Origin: Clostridia bacterium
GTDB taxonomy: Bacteria > Bacillota > Clostridia > CAKSNL01 > HGM11501
NCBI GenBank assembly: GCA_017411325.1
Contig: JAFQQJ010000013.1
Location: 15,295-79,294 of the forward strand
Direction: 5' to 3'
Length of the DNA stretch: 64,000 nucleotides
Position 1 is the stretch's first letter. Each line of letters starts with the position of its first letter. Of the stretch, positions 27,505 to 37,805 are shown piece after piece. Both the position numbers and the translations under genes were made by a program. The notes under the pieces were generated by a model. The model saw only the letters and a program-made list of their open reading frames with translations. It was not told the DNA's origin and did no database searches.

Positions 27505-28670
27505 AAAGAAAGGTATTGCTTGGCGTGGCGATAATGATATTGGTTACGATAATTTTTGCCTGTACTTATCTTTACGTCAATTTGGGCTCTGATAAGTATG
27601 TAACTGTGACGGTGCACACCCTTGCCGACTCGGAAACAGTTACGGGATATATTGTTAAAAACGAAGCGGTTATAGATTTGTCCGGCGGAAACTTTGTCAG
27701 ATTTTATTATGATGAGGGAAACCGCGTACCGGCAAAAAGCTATGTGGCCTCCGTTTATGACAGGGAGTCTGATGGAAATATTCTGGCGGAAATTGATGCT
27801 ATTGATGAAAAAATAGAAAATTTAAGCGATGAGTATGTGAACCTGACAATGAAGGATGTCTTGAAAATAGAATCATATATAGATGAAGATATAGATGCAT
27901 ATTTTGATGCAGTATATAAAGGAGATGCAGCAGAATCTTCCGTTAAAGCAGGAAGACTTAACGGTCTTTTTAATATAAAGCATTCGGGAAAGAGCAGCAG
28001 TGAAAATGCTGAAAAGGAATTGCTTAAGGAAAGAACCGCCCTGGAAGCAAGGCTGTCCGCTGCGAAATATGATATAAAAACTCCTATGGGAGGAATATTT
28101 GTAAGCGAAACAGACGGATTCGAAGGTGCGGCGGACTTTGAAAAAGCAATGAGGATTACAGTCGGAGAGTTTGATGAGCTTATGAATATGAAACCTGAAG
28201 TGAAAGACAGCACATGCAAGGTTGTGGATAATTACAGGTGGCTTTTTATGTGTAAGCTTTCCTCGGACTATGCTTCGCTTTCGGCAGTTGGAAGAAAGGT
28301 AGAAATGATAACAGATATGGGGGAAAATATTTCCGGTACGGTGGAATATATTTCTCAGCCGGAAAATGGCGAATGCATAATGACAATTTCCTCCGACAGG
28401 GATTTTTCCGGAATAGGAAGAAAGAGAACGGCAGAAGCTGCACTTACGTTTAATAAGTACACGGGATATGTTATTCCTACAGAGGCGTTTCATATGTATG
28501 AGAATAAGTACGGCGTGTTTGTGGAAGCGGGAAACAGACTTAAATTCAAAGAGACGGAGATTCTTTATTCTGACGAGGAGAATACGGTGGTAAAAACCTC
28601 GGGAAGAACAGAACTTAAGCTCTACGACAACGTTTTGGTGGAAGGTGATTTAAGTGAACTCTACGATTGA
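27501..28670 (+). CDS. membrane-anchored HlyD-like (barrel-sandwich/coiled-coil) protein, function unknown
   Basis: 389 aa. N-terminal TM, a coiled-coil stretch and hairpin-flanking beta motifs (VTGYIVKNEAVI, IKTPMGGIFV). The assignment is weak. Confidence 0.4.
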   Translation: MKRKVLLGVAIMILVTIIFACTYLYVNLGSDKYVTVTVHTLADSETVTGYIVKNEAVIDLSGGNFVRFYYDEGNRVPAKSYVASVYDRESDGNILAEIDAIDEKIENLSDEYVNLTMKDVLKIESYIDEDIDAYFDAVYKGDAAESSVKAGRLNGLFNIKHSGKSSSENAEKELLKERTALEARLSAAKYDIKTPMGGIFVSETDGFEGAADFEKAMRITVGEFDELMNMKPEVKDSTCKVVDNYRWLFMCKLSSDYASLSAVGRKVEMITDMGENISGTVEYISQPENGECIMTISSDRDFSGIGRKRTAEAALTFNKYTGYVIPTEAFHMYENKYGVFVEAGNRLKFKETEILYSDEENTVVKTSGRTELKLYDNVLVEGDLSELYD

Positions 28671-29349
28671 GGAGAATATCAGGAAAATAAAAGAAAAAAT
28701 AGCAGAAGCTGCATTGAGGGCGGGAAGAAGGCCTGAGGATATCAATCTTATGGCGGTATCTAAAACAAAGCCTCTTGAGGAGGCAATAAAGGCGGCATCT
28801 TGCGGCGTGTTGCTGGGAGAAAATTACGTTCAGGAATTTAAGGATAAATTTGATGCGGCACCGGATTTGCCCTGGCATTTTATAGGGCATCTTCAGAAAA
28901 ATAAAGTAAAATATGTTGTGCCGAGAGCTTCGATGATACATTCTGTTGACAGCTATGAACTGGCAGAAGTAATAAGCCGTGAAGCGGTAAAAAAGGAAAA
29001 GGAAGTATCGTGCCTTGTGGAAATTAATTCCGGGGATGAGGAAAACAAATTTGGTTTGACAATTGGAGATTCAGCATATATAATAGATATGATAAAGAGA
29101 ATTACTCTGCTTCCGAATATAAAAGTACGTGGACTTATGACCGTGGCGCCTTTTGTGGAAAACGGCGAAGAAAACAGGGAAATTTTCAGAAAGATGAAAT
29201 ACTGCTTTGAGGAAGTCAGGGCGGTTTTGCCTGATGCGGATACTCTGTCCATGGGAATGAGCGGGGACTTTGAGGTTGCGGCAGAAGAAGGGGCAACAAT
29301 TGTCCGTGTAGGTACAAAAATATTCGGAGAAAGAAATTACAATAAATAG
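28654..29349 (+). CDS. yggS: YggS/YlmE-family pyridoxal-phosphate homeostasis protein
   Basis: 231 aa. Motifs LMAVSKTKP, WHFIGHLQKNKVKY, SMGMSGDFEVA. Confidence 0.9.
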   Translation: MNSTIEENIRKIKEKIAEAALRAGRRPEDINLMAVSKTKPLEEAIKAASCGVLLGENYVQEFKDKFDAAPDLPWHFIGHLQKNKVKYVVPRASMIHSVDSYELAEVISREAVKKEKEVSCLVEINSGDEENKFGLTIGDSAYIIDMIKRITLLPNIKVRGLMTVAPFVENGEENREIFRKMKYCFEEVRAVLPDADTLSMGMSGDFEVAAEEGATIVRVGTKIFGERNYNK

Positions 29350-29363
29350 AAAGGGTGTTGGTT

Positions 29364-29861
29364 ATGGGAATACTTAATAAAATAGGAGATATGATATTCG
29401 GGCCTGAAGAATATGAGGATGAAACAGCGGCAGAAGAAATTGCAGAGGCGAAGGAGGAAGCTCCCCGTGCTGAAAGAAGAGACTTTACATCTCATCGCGA
29501 TGAAGTAAAGAGAGATGATGACAGGGAATTTTTAAGGGGAAGCAGAAAGAGTAAGGTTGTGAATATAACCTCCACAACACAGTTCAAGGTAGTTGTTATT
29601 CAGCCTGAAAGCTTTGAAGAGGCAAGGGAAATTGCAGAAAACTTAAAAGCTAACAAGCCTGTTATAGTAAATCTTGAAAAGATAGAAAAGGAACAGGCAA
29701 GACGTATGGTGGATTTTGTATCAGGTGCTTCCTATGCTCTTGGGGGAGACATACAGAAAATTTCCAATATGATTTTCCTTGTAACTCCCTACAATGTGGG
29801 AATTCTGGGTGACTTTAAGGACGAACTTAAAAATAAGGGAATATTCCCCTGGAGCTATTAA
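29364..29861 (+). CDS. sepF: cell division protein SepF
   Basis: MGILNKIGDMIFG... N-terminus and conserved C-domain VVVIQPESFEEAREIAENLKANKPVIVNLE. ATG 29364 preferred over GTG 29355. Confidence 0.9.
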   Translation: MGILNKIGDMIFGPEEYEDETAAEEIAEAKEEAPRAERRDFTSHRDEVKRDDDREFLRGSRKSKVVNITSTTQFKVVVIQPESFEEAREIAENLKANKPVIVNLEKIEKEQARRMVDFVSGASYALGGDIQKISNMIFLVTPYNVGILGDFKDELKNKGIFPWSY

Positions 29862-30127
29862 TGATGGATTTTTTGATATACGCACTTGTAAGGCTTCTTG
29901 AAATATATGAGTTTATAATACTGATAAGATGTATTTTATCCTTTTTCGGATACAGTAAGATTTATGAAATCCTCTGTGCCGTTACAGAGCCTGTATTGAA
30001 ACCTATAAGAGAAATTCTTGTGAAAACACCTCTTGGCAATATGCCGCTTGACTTTTCGGCTGTATTTGCTATGATTTTGATAGGAGTGGCTGAACGGTGT
30101 CTGGTATATTTAAGCAGGATGTTATAA
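29861..30127 (+). CDS. yggT: YggT/YlmG-family membrane protein
   Basis: 88 aa with two TM helices. Position after sepF. Confidence 0.8.
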   Translation: MMDFLIYALVRLLEIYEFIILIRCILSFFGYSKIYEILCAVTEPVLKPIREILVKTPLGNMPLDFSAVFAMILIGVAERCLVYLSRML

Positions 30128-30861
30128 TTCATGGCAGAACAGAAGAGGACAAGCTGATGCTTGCAAAGGCATACGATGCCTATACCTTTTCTGAAAAGCG
30201 GAATATGCCTTATTTTACTGCTTTCTTATCTCCTGCAGACAGAGCACTTTCGTCAGTTGCATTTAAGGAGACGGAGGCTGAGTTTTACGGCGGGTTTCCG
30301 GATGCGGAAAGATGTGTGCTTGGCTTTAAGGCGGAAGCAAAGGAAGATTTTCCCATCTGCATAATAAAATCCGAAGGTGATTTTTCCGATGTTTCCCACA
30401 GGGACTTTTTAGGAAGTCTGATGGGGCTTGGAATAACCAGGGAAAATCTGGGAGATATAGTGAAGAAGGATGACTGCTGCTATATATTTGTTCTTCGCAA
30501 AATGGCGGACTATATCAAAGAAAACTTTATTCAGGTGAAAAAAAGTACTGTCAAAAACGAAATAATGGAATGCGGTGAGGTTACAGTAGTAAGGGAGTTT
30601 GAAACCGTTAAAAAGAGTGTGGCTTCCTTAAGGGCAGATGCGGTGATTGCAGCAGCCTTTAATCTTTCCCGCTCCGATGCGACAGAGGCAATCAGGCGGG
30701 GAATGGTAACGGTTAACTACCGCATTCTGGAATCAACGGATAAAAGACTTTCTGAAGGTGATACGCTTTCGCTTCGCGGAAAGGGAAAAACCGTTCTGGA
30801 AAAGCTTGGAGACTTAAGCAAAAAAGGAAGACTTTTTATAGAAATAAAAAAATATAAGTAG
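30097..30861 (+). CDS. ylmH: YlmH-like RNA-binding (S4 domain) protein
   Basis: C-terminal S4-like segment LRADAVIAAAFNLSRSDATEAIRRGMVTVNY. Conserved position between yggT and divIVA. Start uncertain (GTG 30097 or ATG 30157). Confidence 0.75.
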   Translation: MSGIFKQDVIIHGRTEEDKLMLAKAYDAYTFSEKRNMPYFTAFLSPADRALSSVAFKETEAEFYGGFPDAERCVLGFKAEAKEDFPICIIKSEGDFSDVSHRDFLGSLMGLGITRENLGDIVKKDDCCYIFVLRKMADYIKENFIQVKKSTVKNEIMECGEVTVVREFETVKKSVASLRADAVIAAAFNLSRSDATEAIRRGMVTVNYRILESTDKRLSEGDTLSLRGKGKTVLEKLGDLSKKGRLFIEIKKYK

Positions 30862-30875
30862 AGAGGGATGTTTTT

Positions 30876-31319
30876 ATGTATTCGCCTTTGGAACTTGAAC
30901 AGATAGAATTTGAAAGAAAAACCTTCGGGGGTTACAGTGTAGATGAGGTAGATAAGACCTTTGAAACACTTAAAAAGGATTACAGTACTCTTTATATAGA
31001 AAACGCAGACATGAAAAAAAGAATAAAGGAGCTTTCTGCAAAGCTTTCTGAAAGTGAAGAAATGACAGAAACCCTGAAAACTGTTTTGGTATCTGCACAG
31101 AAAACAGGTGAAGAGATAAAAGAACACGCTCTTTGTGAGGCTGAACTTATTAAAAAAACTGCAGAGGCAGAGGCAAGAGAAACTCTTCGTAAGGCGGAGC
31201 TTGAAGTGGAAAATCTTACACGCAGAAAAGAAGAGCTTAAAAATGAAGTAGATGTTTTTATAACCAAAATGAGTGCGCTTTTTGAGGCACAGGTAAAATA
31301 TCTCAATAAGGCAGAATAA
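30876..31319 (+). CDS. divIVA: DivIVA-family cell division/septum-site protein
   Basis: N-terminus SPLELEQIEFERKTFGGYSVDEVD followed by coiled coil. Confidence 0.85.
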   Translation: MYSPLELEQIEFERKTFGGYSVDEVDKTFETLKKDYSTLYIENADMKKRIKELSAKLSESEEMTETLKTVLVSAQKTGEEIKEHALCEAELIKKTAEAEARETLRKAELEVENLTRRKEELKNEVDVFITKMSALFEAQVKYLNKAE

Positions 31320-31365
31320 AGATAAGCAGAATCCTTAAAACGGATTCTGTTATCATTTTGAAAGG

Positions 31366-31869
31366 ATGAAAAGAATGTATCTTATACCCTGGGGAATTCT
31401 CAGCCTGCTTATTATCGGGATTGATGCTTTGAGTAAATATGTTGTTTCGGAGAATATGAACCTCCATCAGTCAATTCCTTTGATAGAAGGAGTGTTTTCC
31501 ATAACCTTTGTGAAAAACACCGGGGCCTCCTTTGGAATGCTTCCCGGCGGAAGATGGCTTTTTATAATAATCACCCTTGTTATGATGGGAATTATTATAG
31601 GATACACCGTAAAGAAGCAGGAAAAGGATAAGCTGTATCTTCTTTCGGCATCCTTTATTGTCGGCGGAGGAATCGGAAATTTGATAGACAGAATTTTAAC
31701 CGGAGAGGTTGTGGACTTTTTCGATTTCTGTCTTATAAATTTTGCAATATTCAATGTGGCTGACTGCTTTATAGTGGTTGGGGTTATATTGATGCTTGTA
31801 TATTATTTTGTTGCTGAAATAAAGGAAAAAAAGGCTGAAAACGGCGGTGATACCGATGGAAACATATGA
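31366..31869 (+). CDS. lspA: lipoprotein signal peptidase II
   Basis: Motifs FVKNTGASFGM, GNLIDR, VDFFDF...FNVAD. Confidence 0.9.
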   Translation: MKRMYLIPWGILSLLIIGIDALSKYVVSENMNLHQSIPLIEGVFSITFVKNTGASFGMLPGGRWLFIIITLVMMGIIIGYTVKKQEKDKLYLLSASFIVGGGIGNLIDRILTGEVVDFFDFCLINFAIFNVADCFIVVGVILMLVYYFVAEIKEKKAENGGDTDGNI

Positions 31870-32773
31870 GTTTACCGCAAAGGAAAAAAAGAGAATAGAT
31901 GTCCTGGTATCGGAAGAGTGCAGCGCCATTTCCCGCTCATATGCCAAAAGGCTTATTGAGGAAGGTAATATCTTAGTAAACGGAAACGAAGTAAAGAGTA
32001 ACTATAAGACAAAAGAGGGCGATGTGATATCGGTCACCGAAGAAGAGCCTTCTCCCATTGAAGCGGAGCCTGAGGATATTCCGCTTGATATTGTCTACGA
32101 GGATGAGTCGGTTCTTGTTGTAAACAAGCCCCGCGGTATGGTTGTTCACCCCGCCGCAGGAAATGAAAGAGGGACGCTTGTAAATGCGGCGCTCTTTCAC
32201 TGTATGGGCTCACTTTCGGGGATAAACGGAAAATTCCGACCGGGGATAGTACACCGGATAGATAAGGACACCACAGGACTTTTGGTAATAGCCAAGGACG
32301 ACGAAGCCCATAAGAGCCTGACGGAGCAGCTTGCCGACAGGTCTCTTTCAAGAATTTACTACTGCCTTGTAAACGGCAATATAAAAGAGGATGAGGGGAA
32401 AATTGATGCCCCCATCGGAAGAAACCCGAAAGACAGAAAGCAGATGGCAATTGTAAAGGACGGCCGTCACGCCGTAACCCACTTTTGGGTAGAGGAACGG
32501 TTTTCGGGATATACCCTTGTTAAATGCAAGCTTGAAACCGGCAGAACCCATCAGATAAGAGTTCATATGAAGCATATCGGTCACAGTATAGTGGGGGATA
32601 AAACCTACGGAATCAAAAACGAAAAGTTTACCCTTGACGGACAGCTTCTCCACGCAAAGGAAATAATGTTCATCCATCCCGTAACAAGCGAAAAATCATC
32701 CTTTTCCTGCCCGATTCCCGATGACTTTTTACATGTGCTTGAAATTTTAAGAAAGCAGAGTGGTAATTTGTGA
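31847..32773 (+). CDS. rluD: 23S rRNA pseudouridine synthase, RluA/RluD family
   Basis: N-terminal S4 domain. Catalytic HRIDKDTTGLLV and THQIRVH. Confidence 0.9.
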   Translation: MIPMETYEFTAKEKKRIDVLVSEECSAISRSYAKRLIEEGNILVNGNEVKSNYKTKEGDVISVTEEEPSPIEAEPEDIPLDIVYEDESVLVVNKPRGMVVHPAAGNERGTLVNAALFHCMGSLSGINGKFRPGIVHRIDKDTTGLLVIAKDDEAHKSLTEQLADRSLSRIYYCLVNGNIKEDEGKIDAPIGRNPKDRKQMAIVKDGRHAVTHFWVEERFSGYTLVKCKLETGRTHQIRVHMKHIGHSIVGDKTYGIKNEKFTLDGQLLHAKEIMFIHPVTSEKSSFSCPIPDDFLHVLEILRKQSGNL

Positions 32774-33015
32774 TATATCTTGCTTTATGGAATGCGTTGG
32801 TTTTCTTGATATACGGATGGGATAAGCTTATGGCAATAAGAAAGGGGAGAAGAGTTCCTGAATTCTGGCTTCTTAGTGTATCATTGCTTGCGGGCGGTCT
32901 CGGCGGCATTTTTGGAATGGTGATATTCCGCCACAAGACGAATAAATGGAGATTCCGCTTAATTGTTCCGCTTTCGCTTTTACTTACGGTATTTATTTTA
33001 ATATATGTAATATAA
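32770..33015 (+). CDS. DUF1294 membrane protein
   Basis: 81 aa. Motif WDKLMAIRKGRRVPE...GGLGGIFGMVIFRHKTNK. Confidence 0.8.
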   Translation: MIYLALWNALVFLIYGWDKLMAIRKGRRVPEFWLLSVSLLAGGLGGIFGMVIFRHKTNKWRFRLIVPLSLLLTVFILIYVI

Positions 33016-33041
33016 AACTCCGAAGATTTCGGAGTTTTTTC
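33014..33041 (+). terminator. intrinsic terminator
   Basis: AACTCCGAA-GAT-TTCGGAGTT followed by TTTT. Confidence 0.75.
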
Positions 33042-33129
33042 TTTAGTAGAAAAAGTCAATTTTTCAGTAGTAAAAGCTATTTACAAAAAAGGGTATTTGA
33101 TGTATCATAAAGTAAAAGGAGGCGTTTTT

Positions 33130-34860
33130 ATGAATATACCGAGAAATGAATACCCCAGACCGCAGATGGTGAGAGACAGTTTTATCTGCTTGAACGGTGA
33201 ATGGGATTTTGAAATTGATAACGCCAAGGTCGGCGAAGAAAAGAAGTTCTTTTTAAGAGAGTCGTTAAATGATAAAATAATAGTGCCCTTCTGCCCCGAA
33301 AGTGAGCTTTCGGGAATAGGCAATAAAGACTTTATGAATGCTGTTTGGTACAGAAAAGATTTCACCCTTCCCGAAAATCACAAGGAAAGAGTGCTTCTCC
33401 ATTTCGGTGCGGTTGACTACCGTGCAATAGTTTATGTAAACGGAATCAGAGTGGGAGAGCATAAGGGCGGATATTCTTCCTTTTACTTTGATATAACAAA
33501 GGTTCTTAAGGAAGAAGGAAACTACATAACGGTTCTTGCCTATGACGATGTCAGAAGCGGAAAGCAGTGCGCTGGAAAGCAGTCTGACAGGCTTGAATCC
33601 TACGGATGTATGTATACAAGAACAACGGGAATATGGCAGACTGTGTGGATTGAGTGCGTGGATGAGTGCCATATTAAAAACATAAGAACAGTGACCGATA
33701 TTGAAACTCCCTCGGTTAATTTCACCCTTAAGACGGAAAACGGAATCGGGGCAGAAATTTTGGCAGTTGTTACCTACGAAGGAAAAGAAGTGGGAAGGGG
33801 CAGCGTCAAGTCAACGGGAGACGTTGCAACACTAAACATCAATCTTTCCGAAAAGCATTTGTGGGAGCTTGGAGAAGGAAGACTTTACGATGTTTCCTTT
33901 ACCGTGACAAAGGACGGAAAAACTACTGACGAGGTAAAAAGCTATTTCGGACTTCGGAGTGTGGCACTTTCAGGAAAGAAATTTTTGTTAAACGGAAAAA
34001 GTGTATTCGGCCGCTGGGTGCTTGACCAGGGCTTTTATCCCGACGGAATTTACACCGCCCCCACGGATGAAGCACTTAAAAACGATATAATATACGGGCT
34101 TCAGCTTGGCTTCAACGGAGCAAGACTTCACGAGAAAATGTTTGAAGAGCGCTTTTTGTACTGGGCAGACCGCCTTGGCTATATGGTATGGGGTGAGCAC
34201 GCCAACTGGGGGCTTGACATAACGGAAATGGAAGCTATAGATAACTTCCTTCCCGAATGGATGGAAACACTGGAACGTGATTTTTCCCATCCTTCAATAA
34301 TCGGCTGGTGCCCCTTTAACGAAACCTGGGACCGTAAGGGAAGAAAGCAGTGCGACGGCGTTATAAGAATGGTTTATGGGGTGACAAAGGCAATAGATCC
34401 GACACGTCCCTGCATAGACACAAGCGGAAACTTCCACGTTGTGACAGATATTTTTGATGTTCACGACTATGAGCAGAACGTGGAAGCTTTCAGGGAAAAC
34501 TATAAGGACGGAAAGCTTAACTGTCAGGTGCAGAGAAACCCTGCCCAGAAATTCCGCCAGACATATGACGGAGTGCTTCCGGCATTCGTAAGCGAATACG
34601 GCGGAGCAAGATGGGCGCTTAATGATGAAAATTGTTGGGGTTATGGCAAGGCACCCGAAAATGCCGAGGAATTTGTGGAAAGATATAAGGGCCTTACTGA
34701 AGCTATTTTGGGAAGTGAACACATTATGGGCTTTTGCTACACTCAGCTTTACGATGTGGAGCAGGAGGTAAACGGTCTTATGACCTATGACCGTAAATTC
34801 AAGTTCGATCCCGAGATATTTAAGAAAATCAATATGCAGAAGGCGGCAATTGAAGACTGA
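33130..34860 (+). CDS. glycoside hydrolase family 2-like enzyme
   Basis: ATG 33130 behind AAAGGAGG. Sugar-binding-domain pattern NGEWDFEID...VNGIRVGEHKGGYSSFYFDIT. Candidate acid/base WCPFNETW and nucleophile VSEYGG. Specificity not inferable. Confidence 0.75.
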   Translation: MNIPRNEYPRPQMVRDSFICLNGEWDFEIDNAKVGEEKKFFLRESLNDKIIVPFCPESELSGIGNKDFMNAVWYRKDFTLPENHKERVLLHFGAVDYRAIVYVNGIRVGEHKGGYSSFYFDITKVLKEEGNYITVLAYDDVRSGKQCAGKQSDRLESYGCMYTRTTGIWQTVWIECVDECHIKNIRTVTDIETPSVNFTLKTENGIGAEILAVVTYEGKEVGRGSVKSTGDVATLNINLSEKHLWELGEGRLYDVSFTVTKDGKTTDEVKSYFGLRSVALSGKKFLLNGKSVFGRWVLDQGFYPDGIYTAPTDEALKNDIIYGLQLGFNGARLHEKMFEERFLYWADRLGYMVWGEHANWGLDITEMEAIDNFLPEWMETLERDFSHPSIIGWCPFNETWDRKGRKQCDGVIRMVYGVTKAIDPTRPCIDTSGNFHVVTDIFDVHDYEQNVEAFRENYKDGKLNCQVQRNPAQKFRQTYDGVLPAFVSEYGGARWALNDENCWGYGKAPENAEEFVERYKGLTEAILGSEHIMGFCYTQLYDVEQEVNGLMTYDRKFKFDPEIFKKINMQKAAIED

Positions 34861-34897
34861 TATCAATAAAAGTCAATTAATTCTAAATATTTGCATT

Positions 34898-34930
34898 AAA
34901 GAGTCATTGAAAGTCAATGACTCTTTTGTT
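34898..34930 (+). terminator. perfect 13-bp-stem hairpin after the GH2 gene
   Basis: AAAGAGTCATTGA-AAG-TCAATGACTCTTT then TGTT. Overlaps a possible TTGAAA-17-TATAAT promoter. Confidence 0.55.
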
Positions 34931-34991
34931 ATAATGGAAGTAGAGAGGCGAGAGAGTCGCTTTTGTGCAAGAAAAAAGTCGCTTCGGTGTA

Positions 34992-35020
34992 TTGAAGAAG
35001 CGAAGGCGAAATGGTATAAT
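34992..35020 (+). promoter_or_regulatory. sigmaA-type promoter for the 35049 operon
   Basis: TTGAAG (34992-34997), 17-bp spacer ending in TGG, TATAAT (35015-35020). Confidence 0.55.
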
Positions 35021-35048
35021 AAAATTATCAAACTAAGGGGGAATAAAA

Positions 35049-37796
35049 ATGAAAAGAGTATTGGCATTTTTTATCATGCTCAGCTTGCTTATGTCACTCT
35101 TTGCCATATGTGTTTCGGCAAATGAAACGGTTTTAACCGTAAGTGACATTGATGTGAAGTCCGAAACCGGTGTTGCTGTAACATCGGGCAAAGCAGGTAA
35201 ATGGGCAGAGGGAGGATACATCGGCTTTAAGGATGTGGATTTTACAGGCATTAAATCCGTAAGAATTTCCGTAAGCAACATCCTTATGTACGGGGAAAAC
35301 GGAGAAACCTTCCGCGTATATATTGACGATCCCTTAAAGGGTAAGTGCATCGGTTACATCGTAACAAACGATGAGACAAGTGAGCCCATCCTTTACGGAA
35401 CGAATATCGAGCCGATATCGGGTAAGCACGACTTATACATAAAGCATAACTATTCAAGGTCAGACCATATCTACCTTCACGATGTGAGATTGTCAACGGA
35501 AGAATGGGTTGATCCAAAGGCTGTTACCCCCGTTCCCGACTCCCGTATTATTGACGTTTATGCAGATACCTGGGTGGCGACCGATGCGGCAGGACACAAG
35601 GTGGCTGACTATGAAGAAGCGGGCGATGTGAAAGAGGGCAAGCACGAGGTTGTTATGTTCTATCATGACTGGCATATTCATGATACAAAGGCTTATATCG
35701 CAAGCGAGGTTATAGCAAAGCACCCGGAAGCGAAGGACGATTTCTATCACTCCGCATGGCCTTCAAACGGCCCTGCATTCTGGGGTGAATCTGTTTACGG
35801 CTTCTATACGGGTACCGATTACTGGCATTACAGAAAAGCTGCGGAGCTTATGGCTGCAAGCGGTGTTGATGCGGTATTTTTAGACTACACCAACGGAGAT
35901 GCCGCATATGTAAAGGCTCTTACCGTAATGCTTTGTGCATACCACGATGCGAGAGCCGACGGCGTTGATGTTCCGAAGGTTACCTGCTATATGCAGATGG
36001 GCTCAACTCCCGAAATGAGATGGAATCTCTTAGAAGCCATATATTTCAATCTTTGCCACAACGAATACTATAAGGATTTGTGGTATTATCTTGACGGAAA
36101 GCCTATGCTTGTCTGCTCAGAGCCAAACAGCTTCATTAAGGCGGTAAATCCCGAAGATACCGAGGAAGTGGCACTGGCAAAGGAGCTTACCGACTTTTTC
36201 ACCTTCCGTGAAACGGGAAGCAGAGAAACAGGACCCTACAACGAAAACGGTAAATACTGGCACTGGCTCGTAAACTATCCTCAGCACGAATGGGGAATTA
36301 CGGCGTCTGGCAGAGTTGAAATGGTAAACTTAGGTATGGCGATAAACCACTCCTATGTATATAACTATGCGGGCACCGGCGTATTTTCGGATAAATACAC
36401 CAAGGGCAAAAACTACACAGAGGCATTTGGCGAGGACTATCGCCCCGAGGCATTGCTTGAAGGCTACTTCCTTCGTGAGCAGGCATCAAAGGTGCTTTCT
36501 GTCGATCCCGAGATTGTGTTCGTTGACGGATGGAATGAAATGAACACCGCAAGAGGCAAGGATTACTACGGCTTCCCCAACGCGTTTATCGACCTTTTCG
36601 ACGATGAAAACAGCCGTGATTTTGAGCCTTATAAGGGCGCACTCAAGGATACCTATTATATGCTTCTTACTGACTTTGTCAGAAAATATAAGGGCGTAAG
36701 ACCTGCTCCCATAGCAAGTGCTCCTGTATCCGGCGATATGATGACAGCCGATGCGTGGGCAGGTGTTGAGCCCACATTCTACAACTATTTCGGCGACTAT
36801 GAGCGTGATGCCATTGGCTACAGAAACTACGAAACGAACGAGCACTACGTTTATAAAACAGAGGTTGTAAATTCAATTAAAGAATCCAAGGTTGCAAGAG
36901 ACGGCGAAAGCTTCTATTTCTATGTAAAGTGCGAAAAGGCTATTGATGATACAAAGATAGGCTTTATGAACATTTATATCAATGCAGACAGAAACTATGC
37001 TACAGGCTGGGAAGGCTATGACTATGCCGTAAACGTGTCAGGCAAGGGTAAGGTTTCTCTATTTAACGGAAAAGACTATACACTTTCAGACATAGGCGAT
37101 GCTGAAATAAAAATCCTCGAAGATACAGTTATCATAAAGGTTTCAAAAGCATTAATCGGTGAAACTGATGTAGCCGACTTTGAATTTAAAATTACCGACA
37201 ACATAGTATCGGGCGGCGATTTACTTCTTTTCTACACAGAAGGAAACTCCGCCCCCGTGGGAAGATTCAACTATCTATATACCGAAATTCCCGCCAAAGC
37301 TTTAACTAAGGAAGAAAGAGCGGCTCTTTCCGATACCACCGTACTTAAGGCGGGAAGCTCCAAAATGATAGTTGACGGTGCCAAGATGAATGTTTATGAA
37401 AAGGATACAAGAGTAAAAGCATTTTCGGAAAACGGCACATTGTATGTTCCTCTTATAGCTCTTGATGACATTATGGGATGGGGCGAAACAAAGGCGACCT
37501 ATGACTATAAAAAGAATGTAATTTACATAAAGACCCACGAGCTTACAAATAACGAGATAACAGATTATCAGTGGATTTACAGCTATCTCGGAACATATAC
37601 GGCATCAATTGACGGAGAGGATAAAGCGCTTACAAATCCCACCAAGGCGGTTTCCGGCGTGGTTTATGTTCCTCTTACAATTCTTTCTGAATGCTTCGGA
37701 TGGAGTGTAAATGACATCGGTGACGGCGCCTTTGCCATAAGTCAGAGAACGACAAACGTTGATGCGGCAAATGCCGTATTAAGCCATTTTAATTAA
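35049..37796 (+). CDS. secreted multidomain carbohydrate-active protein A1
   Basis: Three regions: a CBM6/35-like N-domain, an unassigned TIM-barrel-like core, and a copper-amine-oxidase-like C-domain. 915 aa with a signal peptide. The N-domain pattern GYIGFKDVDFTGIKSVRISV...GKHDLYI is typical of CBM6/35. The core has VVMFYHDWH..., VDGWNEMNTARG, FDDENSRDFEP. The C-terminus has LKAGSSKMIVDGAKM...GTLYVPL...VVYVPLTILSECFGWSV. Catalytic family not recognised. Confidence 0.65.
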   Translation: MKRVLAFFIMLSLLMSLFAICVSANETVLTVSDIDVKSETGVAVTSGKAGKWAEGGYIGFKDVDFTGIKSVRISVSNILMYGENGETFRVYIDDPLKGKCIGYIVTNDETSEPILYGTNIEPISGKHDLYIKHNYSRSDHIYLHDVRLSTEEWVDPKAVTPVPDSRIIDVYADTWVATDAAGHKVADYEEAGDVKEGKHEVVMFYHDWHIHDTKAYIASEVIAKHPEAKDDFYHSAWPSNGPAFWGESVYGFYTGTDYWHYRKAAELMAASGVDAVFLDYTNGDAAYVKALTVMLCAYHDARADGVDVPKVTCYMQMGSTPEMRWNLLEAIYFNLCHNEYYKDLWYYLDGKPMLVCSEPNSFIKAVNPEDTEEVALAKELTDFFTFRETGSRETGPYNENGKYWHWLVNYPQHEWGITASGRVEMVNLGMAINHSYVYNYAGTGVFSDKYTKGKNYTEAFGEDYRPEALLEGYFLREQASKVLSVDPEIVFVDGWNEMNTARGKDYYGFPNAFIDLFDDENSRDFEPYKGALKDTYYMLLTDFVRKYKGVRPAPIASAPVSGDMMTADAWAGVEPTFYNYFGDYERDAIGYRNYETNEHYVYKTEVVNSIKESKVARDGESFYFYVKCEKAIDDTKIGFMNIYINADRNYATGWEGYDYAVNVSGKGKVSLFNGKDYTLSDIGDAEIKILEDTVIIKVSKALIGETDVADFEFKITDNIVSGGDLLLFYTEGNSAPVGRFNYLYTEIPAKALTKEERAALSDTTVLKAGSSKMIVDGAKMNVYEKDTRVKAFSENGTLYVPLIALDDIMGWGETKATYDYKKNVIYIKTHELTNNEITDYQWIYSYLGTYTASIDGEDKALTNPTKAVSGVVYVPLTILSECFGWSVNDIGDGAFAISQRTTNVDAANAVLSHFN

Positions 37797-37805
37797 GGAG
37801 GGGTA